A stretch of DNA of 64,000 bases from Phaeosaccion multiseriatum (lineage: Eukaryota > Protista > Ochrophyta, other classes). The translations under genes and the position numbers were made by a program. Below are positions 46,683 to 59,595 of this stretch, in pieces. Numbering within the stretch: the stretch's first letter is position 1; each line of letters opens with the position of its first letter. The stretch covers positions 2,108,001 to 2,172,000 of the forward strand of contig OZ218953.1 of the NCBI GenBank assembly GCA_965112735.1, written 5' to 3'. The notes below the pieces were generated by a model that worked only from the letters and a program-made list of their open reading frames with translations, was not told the origin of the DNA and ran no database searches.

Positions 46683-46953
46683 CGAAAAAACGGAGGAGGA
46701 GGGGCGAGTCGCCCCCTCTCGGGATAGGTGTAAGGAAACCGGGCGATGTATGGGAAGGAGATGGAAGAATCTGTATGTAATTGAAGATAAATCGTAAGAA
46801 GTGGAGGAGGAAGATACAAGAGAGGCTTTTTAGAAAGCGCGGGCTGCAGCCTTACTGCTGGAGCCTGATGTGATACACACGGCAATAATGCACAGGATAG
46901 TATACTAGAGCTAAGTGAATGAGAAGTGAATTGCTTTCATTGGATTAATTCAA

Positions 46954-49450
46954 TCAGAGACCTTGGCAGCTAGGGGCGATTCTCTTTATACGCCACAGCT
47001 CCATGTGCTTCTCCCTTTGGTAGCAGTCGAACCGCTGTGGGAAGTCAAGCGGGAGCCTCCTTCCTTCAAAACACGGCGAGGTGTCTCCTGAAGCCCCTCC
47101 TCCTCGCGAGCCTTTCACCTCCTTCCCTTCCCCCCCCTCCTGCCCCACCACTCTGATGTGGCCGAGAAACGTCTTGTAGGCCGTAGCTACCACCGACAGC
47201 TCCTGCAGACAAAAGTTGAATCTCTTCTCCAGAGCCAAAATGAATTCCTTTGCACAACAGCAGCAGAAAGGGAGGACCAGCAGTGAGTGAGTCAGTTAGT
47301 GAGTCGGCAGGTCAGTGAGTGAGTGTGTGGGTGAGTTAACGAGGGAGAAAGTGAGTGAATCAGTGAGTGAGTCAGTGAGTCAGTCAGTGAGTGAATCAGT
47401 GAGTGAGTCAGTGAGTCAGTCAGTGAGTCAGTCAGTGAGTGAGTCAGCGAGTGACCTTGCCCTTGCCCTCCTTTCTTTCCCTAACCTGAGTATCGGCATG
47501 CACACGAGGCATGAGCAACTTGAGCTTGTGAAACAGACCCTCCACCTGCGCGTCATCGTAGACCACGTCACTTGCAAAGAGAACGTTCGCCTGCTGGAGC
47601 TCGCGCACGTCACTCCTCTGCCACTTCCAAGCCCGCGCTGAGCCAGCAGCAGGACCAATAGCCGTATTACATGGGTCAAGGGCAGGAGCAGGGTGTATGT
47701 AGCTCGTAGGCAACAGTTCCTCTCCTTCCTCTTCCTCCCCCTCCTCCTCCTTCTCCTCCTCCTGCTGCTGCTGCTGCTGCTGCTTCTTCCCCACCCCCTT
47801 TCGACCCGCGCGGCGAGCTTGCGAATCACGAGGACGAAAGAGAGAGAGAGAGAGTAAGAAAATGCGAAAAAAGAGTCAGCGCCCCAAAACTCGCGGAGCA
47901 GCAAAGCGAAGACATTGATCCAGCGTGCGTGCGCATGGCGACGATGAAAGGACGAAAGGGCGCAAGAGGGGAGCACGCAGTCATACCAGGCAATCGGAGG
48001 GAGGCAAAGGGGGAATGTGGAGACAGTCAGAGAGAGGGAGAGAGAGACAAACTGACAAACTCTTTCTCTCTCACCTGCTTTGGTTTCTGTAGCGTCCGTT
48101 GATTCTCCTGACGGCTCCAATGGCGGCGCTGCTGGATGCGATTGGCGCGGAGCTACCTCTTCCTCCTCTTCTGCAAGAGGAAGCACTCGTTCCAATAAAC
48201 AGCATTGAGCCGGAGCAGCAGCGGGGGCGGAAGAACCATCCTCATCGGTGCGGTGCTCAAGGGGGTGGACGCCGGCCAACCAGTCAAGCTGGCGCACTCT
48301 CGCGCCGTCCTTGTGAGCGCTACAGAGGTGCTGATTGGCATTCACATTCCGAGCGAGCAGCTGCGAGGGGGAGGGCGGGGCGGGGCGAGAGCAAAGAAGA
48401 AAGCGCAGTGCGGGTGAGAGTGAGGCTTGTGGACAAGGCACCCAGCCGTCGCGAGCAGGGCACACAATGCAGCAGAGATCAGTGTGCCTTCCCATATTGG
48501 TGTTCGAAGAAACGCCCTTTCCTGCGTCTCTTTCTATTCGCCACTGACCACGTTGGGGTCAAGTCCAGTCCAGTCCAGCGACGTGTGTGGTCTTGTTGCC
48601 TCACTCACCTACCTCAAGTATCTCTGGATGGTAATCGGTAAGGAACGTCCTTTTTGCAAACTGCGACACGATCAGTCCGGGCACTCCCGGGCCTGTGTGA
48701 AGCGCGGCTCAAGTTATCAGTACCATACATACGCACAGAGAGAGAGAGAGGAAAATCCCTCCACCTGACCTGCTCCGAGCTCCACGGCTGTGCAGCCCCG
48801 TAGCTCCGCGCTTCGAGAGAGGAGGTAGTCAGCGAGGAGGAAGGCCGCTGACCACACCTTTCAGGGGATGACGGGGGGTGCACTTCAGGAGCCCTATCCA
48901 CGTCCCATCTCTCTCGCTCTCTCTCTGTGTCTCTTCTCTCTTTCTTACTCTCTCTCTCTCTCTCTCTCTGTCTCTGTGTGGGTGTATGCAAGGGGGGAAG
49001 GAAGGCTCGAGCAAGGAAACCATCCAGGCCGGGGCCACGAGTTTCGCTACCACGAGTTTCGCTAAAGGAGACAGGAAAGGAGGTCTTCGAAGACCAGCCT
49101 GGCTCCTCCCTTCCAAAGCTCACCTGCAGCCCTACCAGAGGTAGAGGCGTAGCCATGCGATGAACGACAGTGAGCGCCACCTTACCCTCTTGCCTTTTCC
49201 TTTTTCGAGCAGGGCTTGCCCGTGCGCCCTCCTCACCCCCTAGTGTCAGCAGCTGCGCACCCCCCCCTCCATCCCAAGCGTTCCTTTCGCTCTCCTGCTC
49301 CTCTGAGTCCACCGAGTAGTAGTAGTACCTCGAGATAACTTCCTTCGCGTAGATTGAATCCCCTACGTGGATGTCGCTCAGCACCTCCCTCTCTTCCTCC
49401 TCTTCCTCTCCTCCTCCTCTTCCGTTGTCCTCTTCCTCTCGAGGCAGCAT
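46954..49450 (-). CDS. METTL22: METTL22-like protein-lysine methyltransferase, ~6 exons
   Basis: EVLSDIH, HRMATPLPLVGLQVWSAAFLLADYLL, VELGAG (motif I), FLTDYH, VRQLDW, FASDVVYDD, LEKRFNF and FPQRFDCYQREKHMELW. Confidence 0.88.
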
Positions 49451-49740
49451 GCTACACGAGTATTCTCTCGCTCCCCTCAACTACATCATTTTCCCCCTTT
49501 ACCTGGAAAAAGTGCCATCTATGGTTGGCTACAGTAAAAGACTGTAAAAGAGGGAGAATTATATTACACCCAAAGGAGGGAGAGGGGGGAAACTTTATTG
49601 ACTGGAGGGAGAGGGGTGGGGGGGAGGGGCTCGCCAAGTGGGCGAGTTGGAATCCGAGTTGCAATCACAATCACAGATGGCTGCAGGCTGGGATTTGAAT
49701 CCCTTACAACAACCGTCCCTTCCCCGACCTTCCCCTTGCC

Positions 49741-51936
49741 ATGATGGTCAGTATGGAAGAAGCGCTGCAGCGGATTCAAGAGTGGCGTGATGACAGCCGC
49801 AGTATGAGGGGAAAGGGCGTTGGTGTAGGGGAAGTTTCCCTCGTCCTGGCAGCCGTTCTATCTACCATCGACTTTGACTCGCTCAAGAGGAAGAGCCATA
49901 CCCCCCTGCACGCTCTTGCTGGCATGGACTATAGTGATCGGAAAGAGAAGGGGGCGCAGATGCGGGGAATTGTAAAGCTTTTGAAGAGCTGCGGGCTTGA
50001 CATTGACACGAGACGAGGGAGGGGAGGGGAGGAAATGGCAATGAGAAGATACGAAGACGAAGATGATCACCCGGTGGAGGGTGAAACTCCGCTGATCACA
50101 GCTGCGTTGAATGAGCACTTCTCCTTGGTGAAGGAGCTAGTAAAGGAGGGTGCAGATGTGAACAAAGGTGACTGGCATTGTGTAGTCCCCTTGGCTGCAG
50201 CTGCTTCTTGGGGGTGGTATACACAGGGGTGTTCCCCCATAATGGTGTCGTACCTCTTGAGGCATGGGGCCAGGGTGGAGAACAGCTACGCCTTGCACAA
50301 CGCCGCGAGATGCGGCTGTCCTGAGTCTGTGGGGATTCTACTCAAGGCCGGGGCCGAGCCTACTGAACTAGATAGAGACGCAAACAGCTCACCCGCCGTG
50401 TACTGCTGCGGTTATGGGGACGGCGACCGCAGCACCCGCGAGAGATTGGAGGCCCTATCTTTACTGCTGGGGGCAGGAGCGGATTTGAACCAAAAGGGCT
50501 TCAATGGCATGTCTCTCTTGCATGAAGCCGCTAGGGCCGGTCATGGTGAACTCATCGAAGACCTCGTCCATCGAGGGCTTGCGGTGGACGTGAAGGACTC
50601 TGAGCAGGGCACTGCTCTTCACTGCGCTTCCGATTGCGGCGAGCCCGCCTGTGTGAAGACGCTCATCCGCCTCGGTGCCTCCCTCGACGCTCGTGATTCC
50701 AAGAAGGGCACGCCGCTCCACACAGCTTTGCAATCGAAACAAGAGGACTGTGCTGCCGAGCTGATTGACGCAGGAGCCAACGTGAACGCCAAGCGAGACG
50801 GCGACATTGCACCCCTCCACATAGCAGTGGCTTGGGGAAGCATGAGGCTTGTGTACCTCCTGTTGGAGGCTGGGGCTGACGTCGACGCTCTCGCTGACGG
50901 CGGGAGTAGCCCCTTGATGGTGTGCATGTCTCCCGAAAAGAGCAGAGGCGTCGAGCTCACCCTGCCTTCTCACGAAGACCCATACGGGTCAGAGATGTAT
51001 GAAGGTCGGAAGAAGGTGGCGGCACTTCTGCTGGAGGTGGGCGCGGCCGTCACCAAGCCAGTCATGGCCTTGGCTGGAGAGAGTGACTGTGGGGATGTCA
51101 TTGGAGCGTACGTCAGTCAGGGAAGATGTGCACTAAACGCTTCTGATGGTGTTTGCAATACCATAGCTGGACACATCTCCGGCTCTGCTTACTCTGAGGC
51201 CGCCAAGGAGGGCCGTGTGGTGCGTGTATGCTTGGTGGACAGGAAAACGGGTAAGAGCAAGGCGGCGCAGTACACACTCAGCATACCCCTGATGGAGCTG
51301 CTGATGGACAAGACTGGGCAGAGCGGGAGACGAGGAGAGGGAGGAGGCTCGGACAGGCATGATAATGCGGCTGCAGGCAGTCTTCCTACCATGCTGGATC
51401 CGGCAGTGCGGGGCTTCATGGGCATCAGGGGGGAGGCCAACGGAAAGGGCAAGAGCAAGCACGAGGGCAAGGTTACTAACGAGGTGGAGGTGACGTTTGA
51501 CGGAGTGGACTTTAGCGAGGAGGGCTTTGCAGCTGTGGTGCAGTTCGTCACGACGGGTAGCGTCAAGAGCCTGCTTACCCGAGGGCCCCATGGACTGCTG
51601 AGCACGGAGAGCATGAAAGGTATTAGTGGCGGCAGTAGCAGGAGCTCCGAGGCGGTCGACGGCGGCGGTGACGTAAGAGGTGGTGGGAGTAGTAGAGAGC
51701 AGGTAGGGAAGAGCAAGAGAGAGCGTGTGAAGCTCTTCGACGACGTGAGAGCGAAGCAGGCTCTGCAGGCAGCGGCCTTCTTCTGCATCGAGGCCATGTC
51801 AAGGGAGGTGAAGGCGCTCATGACTCTATACGGCTTCGAGCTTGGCAAGGAGGCAGAGGAGGATGAGCCGCGGAGGAAGCGAAGCAGGGAAAACACTGAA
51901 CGGACGAGTTGCGTACAACCCCCCCTCCCGTTCTGA
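49741..51936 (+). CDS. Intronless ankyrin-repeat protein with a C-terminal BTB/POZ-like segment (731 aa)
   Basis: Single ORF with multiple ankyrin repeats (GETPLITAA, GMSLLHEAA, GTALHCAS, GTPLHTAL, APLHIAV). C-terminal FSEEGFAAVVQFVTTG...ALQAAAFFCI resembles BTB helices. Confidence 0.85.
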   Translation: MMVSMEEALQRIQEWRDDSRSMRGKGVGVGEVSLVLAAVLSTIDFDSLKRKSHTPLHALAGMDYSDRKEKGAQMRGIVKLLKSCGLDIDTRRGRGGEEMAMRRYEDEDDHPVEGETPLITAALNEHFSLVKELVKEGADVNKGDWHCVVPLAAAASWGWYTQGCSPIMVSYLLRHGARVENSYALHNAARCGCPESVGILLKAGAEPTELDRDANSSPAVYCCGYGDGDRSTRERLEALSLLLGAGADLNQKGFNGMSLLHEAARAGHGELIEDLVHRGLAVDVKDSEQGTALHCASDCGEPACVKTLIRLGASLDARDSKKGTPLHTALQSKQEDCAAELIDAGANVNAKRDGDIAPLHIAVAWGSMRLVYLLLEAGADVDALADGGSSPLMVCMSPEKSRGVELTLPSHEDPYGSEMYEGRKKVAALLLEVGAAVTKPVMALAGESDCGDVIGAYVSQGRCALNASDGVCNTIAGHISGSAYSEAAKEGRVVRVCLVDRKTGKSKAAQYTLSIPLMELLMDKTGQSGRRGEGGGSDRHDNAAAGSLPTMLDPAVRGFMGIRGEANGKGKSKHEGKVTNEVEVTFDGVDFSEEGFAAVVQFVTTGSVKSLLTRGPHGLLSTESMKGISGGSSRSSEAVDGGGDVRGGGSSREQVGKSKRERVKLFDDVRAKQALQAAAFFCIEAMSREVKALMTLYGFELGKEAEEDEPRRKRSRENTERTSCVQPPLPF

Positions 51937-52069
51937 TGAAAAGGTCCATAGGCTCGTAAAGGGGTTTTGCCAAGGCCGTTTCATCTTGCCTCTCTGCCTC
52001 CCACAATATCTGCGCCATTGGAATGAAATGAAAAAGGTGTATACAACATTTTTTCCATCTCTCCTCTCT

Positions 52070-53026
52070 TCAGCGCTTCAGCACGCTCCGCCTGAGCTTC
52101 ATGGCGTGGTTAAAAGCGGCGGTATCAGGGCACAGGCGCGTGTACTGCCCCATGTGGGTAGGCATCTCTCCGTACTGCCTCGGCACTCTCCCCTGCAGAA
52201 TGCGGTGGAGATCCTTCTCAAGTTGCCGGCCCACCCCCGACCCGTGGCTACCGCTACTACCACCACCACCGCTACTGCTGCTGCTGCCCATATGATTGCT
52301 ATTGGCCGCCCCGGAGGTCTGGCTCTGACTCTGACCTTGGCTCTGATTGCGCGTCTTGTCCTGACACTCCTTGGCCCGCCTCCCAAGCACGTCCACCAGG
52401 GCATCTCTGTGCGGCATTCGTTGCGTGGGCCAAGGCTCGCAGAGTGAGTGGTGAGCGATGAGTGGTGCAAGTCAACACTACCCGTTCGAGAGGGCACCAC
52501 CCGTTCAGGAGAGGACAGAGAGAGCGCGCGCGCGCGTGTGTGTAGTGTGACAGAGAGAGATCCTACAAGAGAGAGAGAGAGAGAGAGAGGGTATGCCTAC
52601 ACATGGGTATGCCTGCACTCACTCACATGTCGTAGGGAACGGGGTCGATGAGCAAGGCCGTGTCCCTGATGAGCGACTCTTTGACCTGCAGCACCGGCAT
52701 GGGCAACAGGCAAGAGAGGCAAGAGAGACATCAATCAATCAATTACCCTTTTCTTCCTCCTCCTCCTCCTCCTCCTCCTCCTCCTCCTCCTCCTCCTCCT
52801 CCTCCTCCTCCTCCTCTTCCCTCCGCCTCCTCCTCCTCCTCCTCCGCCTCCTCCTCCGCCTCCTCCTCCTCCTCCCTCCTCCTCCTCCCTCCTTCTCCTC
52901 CTCCTCCTCCTCCTCCTCCTCCTGCTCCTCCTCCTCCTCCTCCTCCTCCTCCTCCTCCTCCTCCTCCTCCTCCTCCTCCTCCTCCTCCTCCTCCTCCTCC
53001 TCCTCCTCCTCCTCCTCCTCCTCCTC

Positions 53027-53060
<34 letters not shown>

Positions 53061-56000
53061 TCCTCCTCCTCCTCCTCCCACCCACCCACCCACCTGCTTG
53101 TCGAGCGTGTTCTCTCGGGCCATGCTGGGAGAGGCGTTGACCTCGAGCAGCCACGGCTTGAGGTCGCGATCGATGAGCACATCGAATCCAAACAGCTCAA
53201 AGCTGTTGGGCTGGTAGGGGATGTGGTTCTCAACGGCCACGAGTGTCTTGGCGACGACTCCGCCGATGTCCCGCCAAAGAGCCTCCACCTGTTTAGGAGG
53301 AGCACCAGGACGTCGTGCGTTGCGGTTACGTTGTTCACCATAGGCAGAGGGGTGGAGTAAAGGGAGAGAGAGAGGATGAGGGGAGGGCTGGAGAGAAGGA
53401 GAGAGGGACGGGAAACAAACTGAAACTCACGTTGATTTTATCCTGCCTGAGCCGCTTCCAGAGGTAGGTAAGGGTGGTTTTGGTGCCTCCCGCCTCCTGC
53501 GTACTTGCGTTCCGCAGGGGGCTGTCTCGGCCGGTGGGCTCGCTGTTCAGCTTCTGGATGCTGCGGGGTCAGACGGTGTACACGCACACGTACGTATGCA
53601 CGCCCACGCAAACATACCACACACACACAAACACACACATGCACACAACACACACAAACAGACATCCATGAGAAGAGAGAATACGAGCGGAAATACAAAG
53701 TGTCGGTAGCATCCATGCACCCACGCACCCACGCACCCACGGGCCCACGCACCCACATGCCCACACACCTACACACACGCACACACCCACCCACCCACGA
53801 ACCTGCTGTTGGTGAGGTGAATGTACTTGTCGTGGAGAGTGCTTGCGTCGTTCGAGTAGCGATGCGTGGACAGCCTGCAGAAGCCCTCCTTATAGAGGAA
53901 CGCCTCCAGAGGGTTGAAGGATGTAACCGTCACGTAGATGCGGAGGTCGAACTTGTAACCGTCCAGCAGGAGGGGGCGGGACAGGTACTCTTGAAGCACC
54001 ACCTTGGGGGCAGGAGGGGAGGAGAGAATATCACAGCCCAATGCAGAGCAGTCAATATCCAAAGTAGGGCAGTAAATGTCCTCCCTAGAGCATCACAGCC
54101 CAATGCAGAGCAGTCAAAATCCAAAGTAGGGCAGTTAAATGTCCTCCCTCATCCTCTCCCCGCCCTCTCGCCCGCTAACCCTCCCACCCCCAAACAATGT
54201 CTGCCCCCATACGCCTTGCCCCTTACCTTATCCGAGTAGGTGAGGCTCCTCATGTCGTTAATAAGTTCAATGCCCCTCCCTCGCGACATGCTCACAGGCT
54301 TCAAGATCCACAAGTTCTGGCGGGAAGCAGTGATACCCCCCCCACCCTCACTCGAAGCCTGCCTCCCTGCTGCTGGTCCTCCTCCTCCTCCCCCTCCTCC
54401 CCCGCCCCCCTCTACGTCAGAGAGAAGCAAGTCATCATCCACGTTGGGGGGCTTGGCTCCAGAGTTGCCTCCTGCGGCGGTGAAAGCTGCCACAAAGGCT
54501 GGGAACTCATGGGGCAGGATGAAAGTCTACAGGCACGAGAGAAGGAGCGACGGGGTGTGTGAGTGAGAGTGCGTGCGTGCGTGAGTGAGTGAGTGAGAGT
54601 GAATGCGTGAGTGAGTGAATGCGTGAGTGAGTGAGTGCGTGAGTGAGGGGAGCAATCGAACGTGGAGCCCTCTCCAAGGAAACAAACAACCCTCATCTTC
54701 ATCCCTCACCGGAGGCATGATGAAAAACTCCTTCTTGTGCCTTGCCCCAAAGGCCATGAAGCGCTGCAAGTGCTTCTTCAAGTTGTCCTTACGGGTGAGC
54801 TCTCGGGAGTTGGGGAAGTGATTGACACGCTGCCACACTAGCAGGCTGTTGTACTAAGGGAAGGAAGGAAGGAAGGAAGGAAGGAAGGCAAATGGACGGA
54901 CAGTCAGTCATCGAGGACGGGGTTTAGTTGATTGAGGCTCCCGTAGACACCACAAAACGGACAGAAAAACACACACACACAGAGAGAAGGAGTTTGTGTA
55001 TCACGTATGACTTGCTGGGCTTACGTGATCCTTACGTACCTGAATATGGGGTCGTGACCATGTCCAGAGGAGGTTCCAAGTGGTGCGCAGCCCCAGGCCT
55101 GTGGGCAGCTCTTCAAAGGCTCGGAGCTGATTGTTCAGCACATCAGTCACAATGTTGTACACCTGTTGGTGATACAGAGGAAGGGAGGGAGGAGGGAGGG
55201 GGTAAGCGGGTGGGGAAGGTGAGTGTGGAATGAGGCATGGCGTCTAGACGCGAGAGGGGGGCGAGGGACGGCCCCCGGCTTTAAGTGCCCCCGATGGAGA
55301 AAGGGAGAGAGCCTTAGAGAAGGGGGAAGGCGGCCCGCCTACCTACCTCTGGCCTAGCCTTAGAGTTGACTCGGTAGTGGATGGTATCGGGAGAGCCTCC
55401 ACCGTACACCAAAGAATTCGCCAGCGCCCCTGCTTCCCCACCTGGGCCTGCGCTGCTTCGGCTGTGTTGGTGTGTTTGGGTGTCCGCCAGGGGGGAGGCA
55501 AGTGCGAAGGGGAGAATGGGTTGGGTTGGGCTGGATGGGGTAGGAGGAGTAGGGTGGGGTTAAGTGGTGATGGCCTTCAAAGGGGGGCAGGGCTAGGGGT
55601 GGACTCAGTAGGACAGTTCGCCGCAGCCCCCCCTCCTGCCCAGAGCCCAGAGTCCAGAGCCCATTCGACTCTCTTCCTTCCTGACCTGGTGTTGGGCGGC
55701 TGGAGGTCAGCACTCGAGGCGGAGTTGGGCTCACCCCACCCAACCCTACTGCACCCCCCCCGGGGAGCAGCAACGGCAGCAGCAGTTGGTGATACAACAG
55801 CAGCGGTAGAGCGTCCCTCTTTGCCGGCAGTGGTGTTCATCCAGTCCCTGCTCTTGTTGCTGTTGTTGCTGTTGGTGATGCTGATGTTGTTGTCCTTGTT
55901 GTTGTTGGTGGTGTTGCTGTTGTTGCTGTTGTTGATGTTGGTGTTGTTGCTGTGGTCGTCATCGTCGTCCCAGTCATCTCCAAAGCAGAACACGGTGGCG

Positions 56001-56478
56001 TAGTCCTTGAGAACGCGTTGATAGAGCACGTACATCTTCCACTGAGAGACGAGTAGAGTCTCCTCCTGGCGCGCACTCATGCCCCCTCCGGACCGCCGCC
56101 GAGTGCTCACCTTCACCACACCGGACGGGACGGGACGCGACGGGACGACCAAAACAGGAGACGGGCAGGGGAGGTGGCGCGGAGAGAGAGAGAGAGAGAA
56201 GGCGACACACACAGAGAGAGAGAGAAAGGACGTAAGTCAACTGGACAGAAGCTCCAATGGTGAGGAGGCCCTGTCAGAGACCTTCAGGGACGTCTTTGGG
56301 CGCTCGGAGGGAGGTATGGTTGGGCTTGGTCTGTTCATAGCATGGCCTGGTCTCTCTCTCTCTTCTGTCTGTCTCTCTTTCCCTCTCTTTCCCTCTCTTC
56401 CTCAGTCTGTCCCGCTCTCTCTCTCTCATGGCCTGGTCTTTCTCTTCTGTCTATCTCCCTTTCCCTCTCTCTCTTCCT

Positions 56479-56515
<37 letters not shown>

Positions 56516-59500
56516 TCAGACTCTCCCTCTCTCTCTTTGTGATTCCGTTCGAATCCTCCACGTGAAGGTGGGGCCGGCGCACGCACACACCTGTAGGCTC
56601 CGGTTCATCTCACAGGTGATGGAAGAGTCCTGTTGGCGTGTTGTTTATACGGTAGGCATATTGGTTGTACGGTAGGGCAGGGTACAGCCGAGGAGGGAGA
56701 AAGAGAGAGTAAGCGTTTGAGTGTGCGTGTGAGAAAGGTAGACACAGACGGAGACAAAGAGAGAGAGGAAGAGAGACAAGAGACAGACGGCGAGTCCCTC
56801 TCCAATCAAAGCGAATGGGAAAGAGTGTGCGGGAGGAAGCGGCAGCACCAAAGAAAAGGGGCCGAGCGTACGTACCCACACTCACACGCACACACACATA
56901 CGTACACACACGTGCACACACACGCACACACACGCATGCACGCAAGCACAAACACACATGCACGTGCGCGCACACACACACACACACACACATACACACA
57001 CACACACACACACAAAGACACGCACTCACGTGGTACATGGAGAAGATGGCGGCGAAGGACGGATAGAGCCCCGAGTAGCGCCCGACACCGCCCTGGGACC
57101 TGACACCGGGCTGTGACCGGGCCCCGGCAGGCAGCAGGGTAGCAGTTGGTGATACAGCAGCAGGGGCAGCCACCGGTTTCGAAATGCGATAGCTCTGGCC
57201 GCCAGTAGCAGTACTGCTGTTGCTGCTGCTGCTTCCTCTGCCGGGGTGCGAACCCGTCCTCTGCCCTTCGCCGCTATTGCTAGAGTCGCCAGGTGGAGTG
57301 GACGAGAGCCCCTGCAGACCTACTCCTGGGACTGCATCACCAACTGGTTCTGCTGTTGGTGCTGGTCCTGCCCGTGCTGACACCCCAACCTCCAGTCCTC
57401 TGTCATACTGCTGCCCCCCCTCGTCAGCCTCCTCCTCCTCCTCCCCCTCCTCCTCCTCCTCCTCCTCCTCCTCCTCCTCCTCCTCCTCCTCCTCCTCCTC
57501 CTTCGCCCTCAACGCCTCTGACGAGGTGCTTGATCGAGGTCGGCGCTGCCCCGGTCGGGGAGGCCTTGACCAAGGGCGGCACGGCTCGAGGGGTCTCGTT
57601 GGAGTGGAGGGTCGCGGAGAAGGGACAGAAGCATCATGAAACGACGCTACCCTTGACAAATGCAATGGCCTTGACCCTGCTGTATCACCAACTGCTACGG
57701 TCCCATCCGCCGCCATCCCCCCTGACCGAGAGGTCCTCTGTACCACCCCAGCCGCAGTCCCGGCCTCAGCCCCTGGCTTTGCTGCCCAGACAGATGTTGG
57801 AGAGCATGTTGCCTCAGTCTCAGCTTCAGCTGTATCATCACTATCGATGTCGCTCCTCAGTCCCACAACAGATCTCTGCCCCTCTCCCTCTGCTCTCCCG
57901 CTCCGTAGCTCAGTGACTAGTTGCCGGGCTTGGTCGTCGACATCACCTTCGTATCCACCTGGCCCGTCGTCGCCTCCCTCTTCGTAGGATTCTCTATCTT
58001 CCGCATCCTCGCCCCGCTTGCCACTGCTCCCACTCGTGTCGCATTCTTCTGAAGGCGTGACTCCCCGTCGTTTGCTCGGTAAGTGCCCTACCTCCTCCTC
58101 TTCCCCCCCGTCCACCTCCTCACTGCCCTCATACTGTTTGTCCTCTGCTACCCACGGATGCTGTCCAACGGGGTACTGCCCAAGGTGGTGCTGCCCAAGG
58201 GAATACTGCTGCGCGAGTTGGTCATCTGTCGCTACATCCGCGTCATCGCCCGCAGCAGCACGCTCCTCCTCGTCCCCCTCCACCACCACCTCCACCACCT
58301 CCTCCTCGTCTCTCTCTGCATCGCTCTCTTCGCTACTGGATCCCCCGCCACTCACGTACTCACTAGCCGTGGAATCATCGTCGCCATCATCGCCCCCGTC
58401 GCCAAGTGGCACCACCCCATCACTGGCCGAGTCTGTCAAACAAACAAGCTTGGTGTCACAACTGGGTGCGAAAGAACCTGTTGGAGCAGCAGTCGGGGGG
58501 GCAGCCTTTGTCGTCGGAGAGGAACTGACGAGGGGAGGGGCGTCACTCTCTCGCTCTGACTCCTCCTCCTGCTGCTGCTGCTGCTGCTGCTCCAGCTGCA
58601 TCTGCATAAGGTGTCGCTGCTTTTCTTGCAACAGCTTTAATCGCTGTCCCCTTTGCCTGTCTCGCTCCTCGTGTTTTCTCCTCCTATCCTCCTCATGCTT
58701 TCTGCGTGTCTCCTTCCGCTTCATCAGCCGTGCCAAAGCGGCCTGTGCCCACGACATACAGCAGGAGGGGCAGACGGAGAAAGAGAGAGAGATGGACGGA
58801 GAGAGAGAGAGAGCGAGAGAGCAGGAGAGAGAAGGGGATGAGAAAAAGAGCAGAAAGACCTTGAGAGGGACGGAGAGAACGTTGCGAAGAGACGGGAACA
58901 TACGAACTACGATCCCAGTGGCATGGAAACCGCTTCCAACGGGAAGGAGCCTGGGCAAGAGGCCAAGCTTCTCCCCCACCCACCCGCACCCCTTCGTCTT
59001 GGGATACCTTCCGTCGTGCTTCTCTCTCCCTGGCGAGCTGCTTACTCCTCGCCTGTGGAGATTGCATGTTCTCCTCTCTATCCCTCTTGGGGCGGTGCAC
59101 ACTTCTCCTCCTCTGGCCTACGTTCTCCACCACGAATGTGCTGCCCCACGAGTCTGCCCTGGTTATCCGATTGGACAGGGCATGCGTGGAGCTTTGTCGC
59201 AAGGCTCTCCACTGCTTCTCCACAACCTCCTGCTGCTGCTTCGCCTGTGTCAACTCATGCTGCTCCTGCTCCTGCTGGTGCTGTTGTTGCTGTTGCTGTG
59301 GTACGTGATCCCGGTACTGCGAGCCGCCATCTTGGTCCCTAGATGAAGCCCCAATCGCCTCTCCCTGGCCGCCTGGGCCGCCCTCCATACACCCGTCTGT
59401 CCGATTGCTGACTGTCTGCTCGCCACTGCGCAGGTCTGCCATATCTTCCCCCAGCAGTAAGGCTCTTACCCGAGCCTGGGCCGCCGCTGAGCTATCCTCC

Positions 59501-59595
59501 TTCTGGGACTGAACGGGCTCTCGCTGGGCCAGCTCTTGTCGGATCTTGCTCCGTTGTCGAGACGCGTAGGCCGCCAATGCACCCCCCCCTTTCAT
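52070..59595 (-). CDS. Tubulin-tyrosine-ligase-like polyglutamylase (TTLL4/5-like) with a long N-terminal extension
   Basis: QRVNHFPNSRELTRKDNL, WILKPVSMSRGRGI, VLQEYLSRPLLLDGYKFDLRIYV, EGFCRL, HLTNS, FELFGFDVLID and WLLEVNASPS. A possible extra 5' exon starts at ATG 59921. Confidence 0.9.
52753..53077. repeat. (CCT)n/(GAG)n microsatellite, ~320 bp, in a TTLL intron
   Basis: Direct reading. Confidence 0.95.
54030..54149. repeat. ~62-bp tandem duplication in a TTLL intron
   Basis: ATCACAGCCCAATGCAGAGCAGTCAA(T/A)ATCCAAAGTAGGGCAGT(T)AAATGTCCTCCCT occurs twice. Confidence 0.9.
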
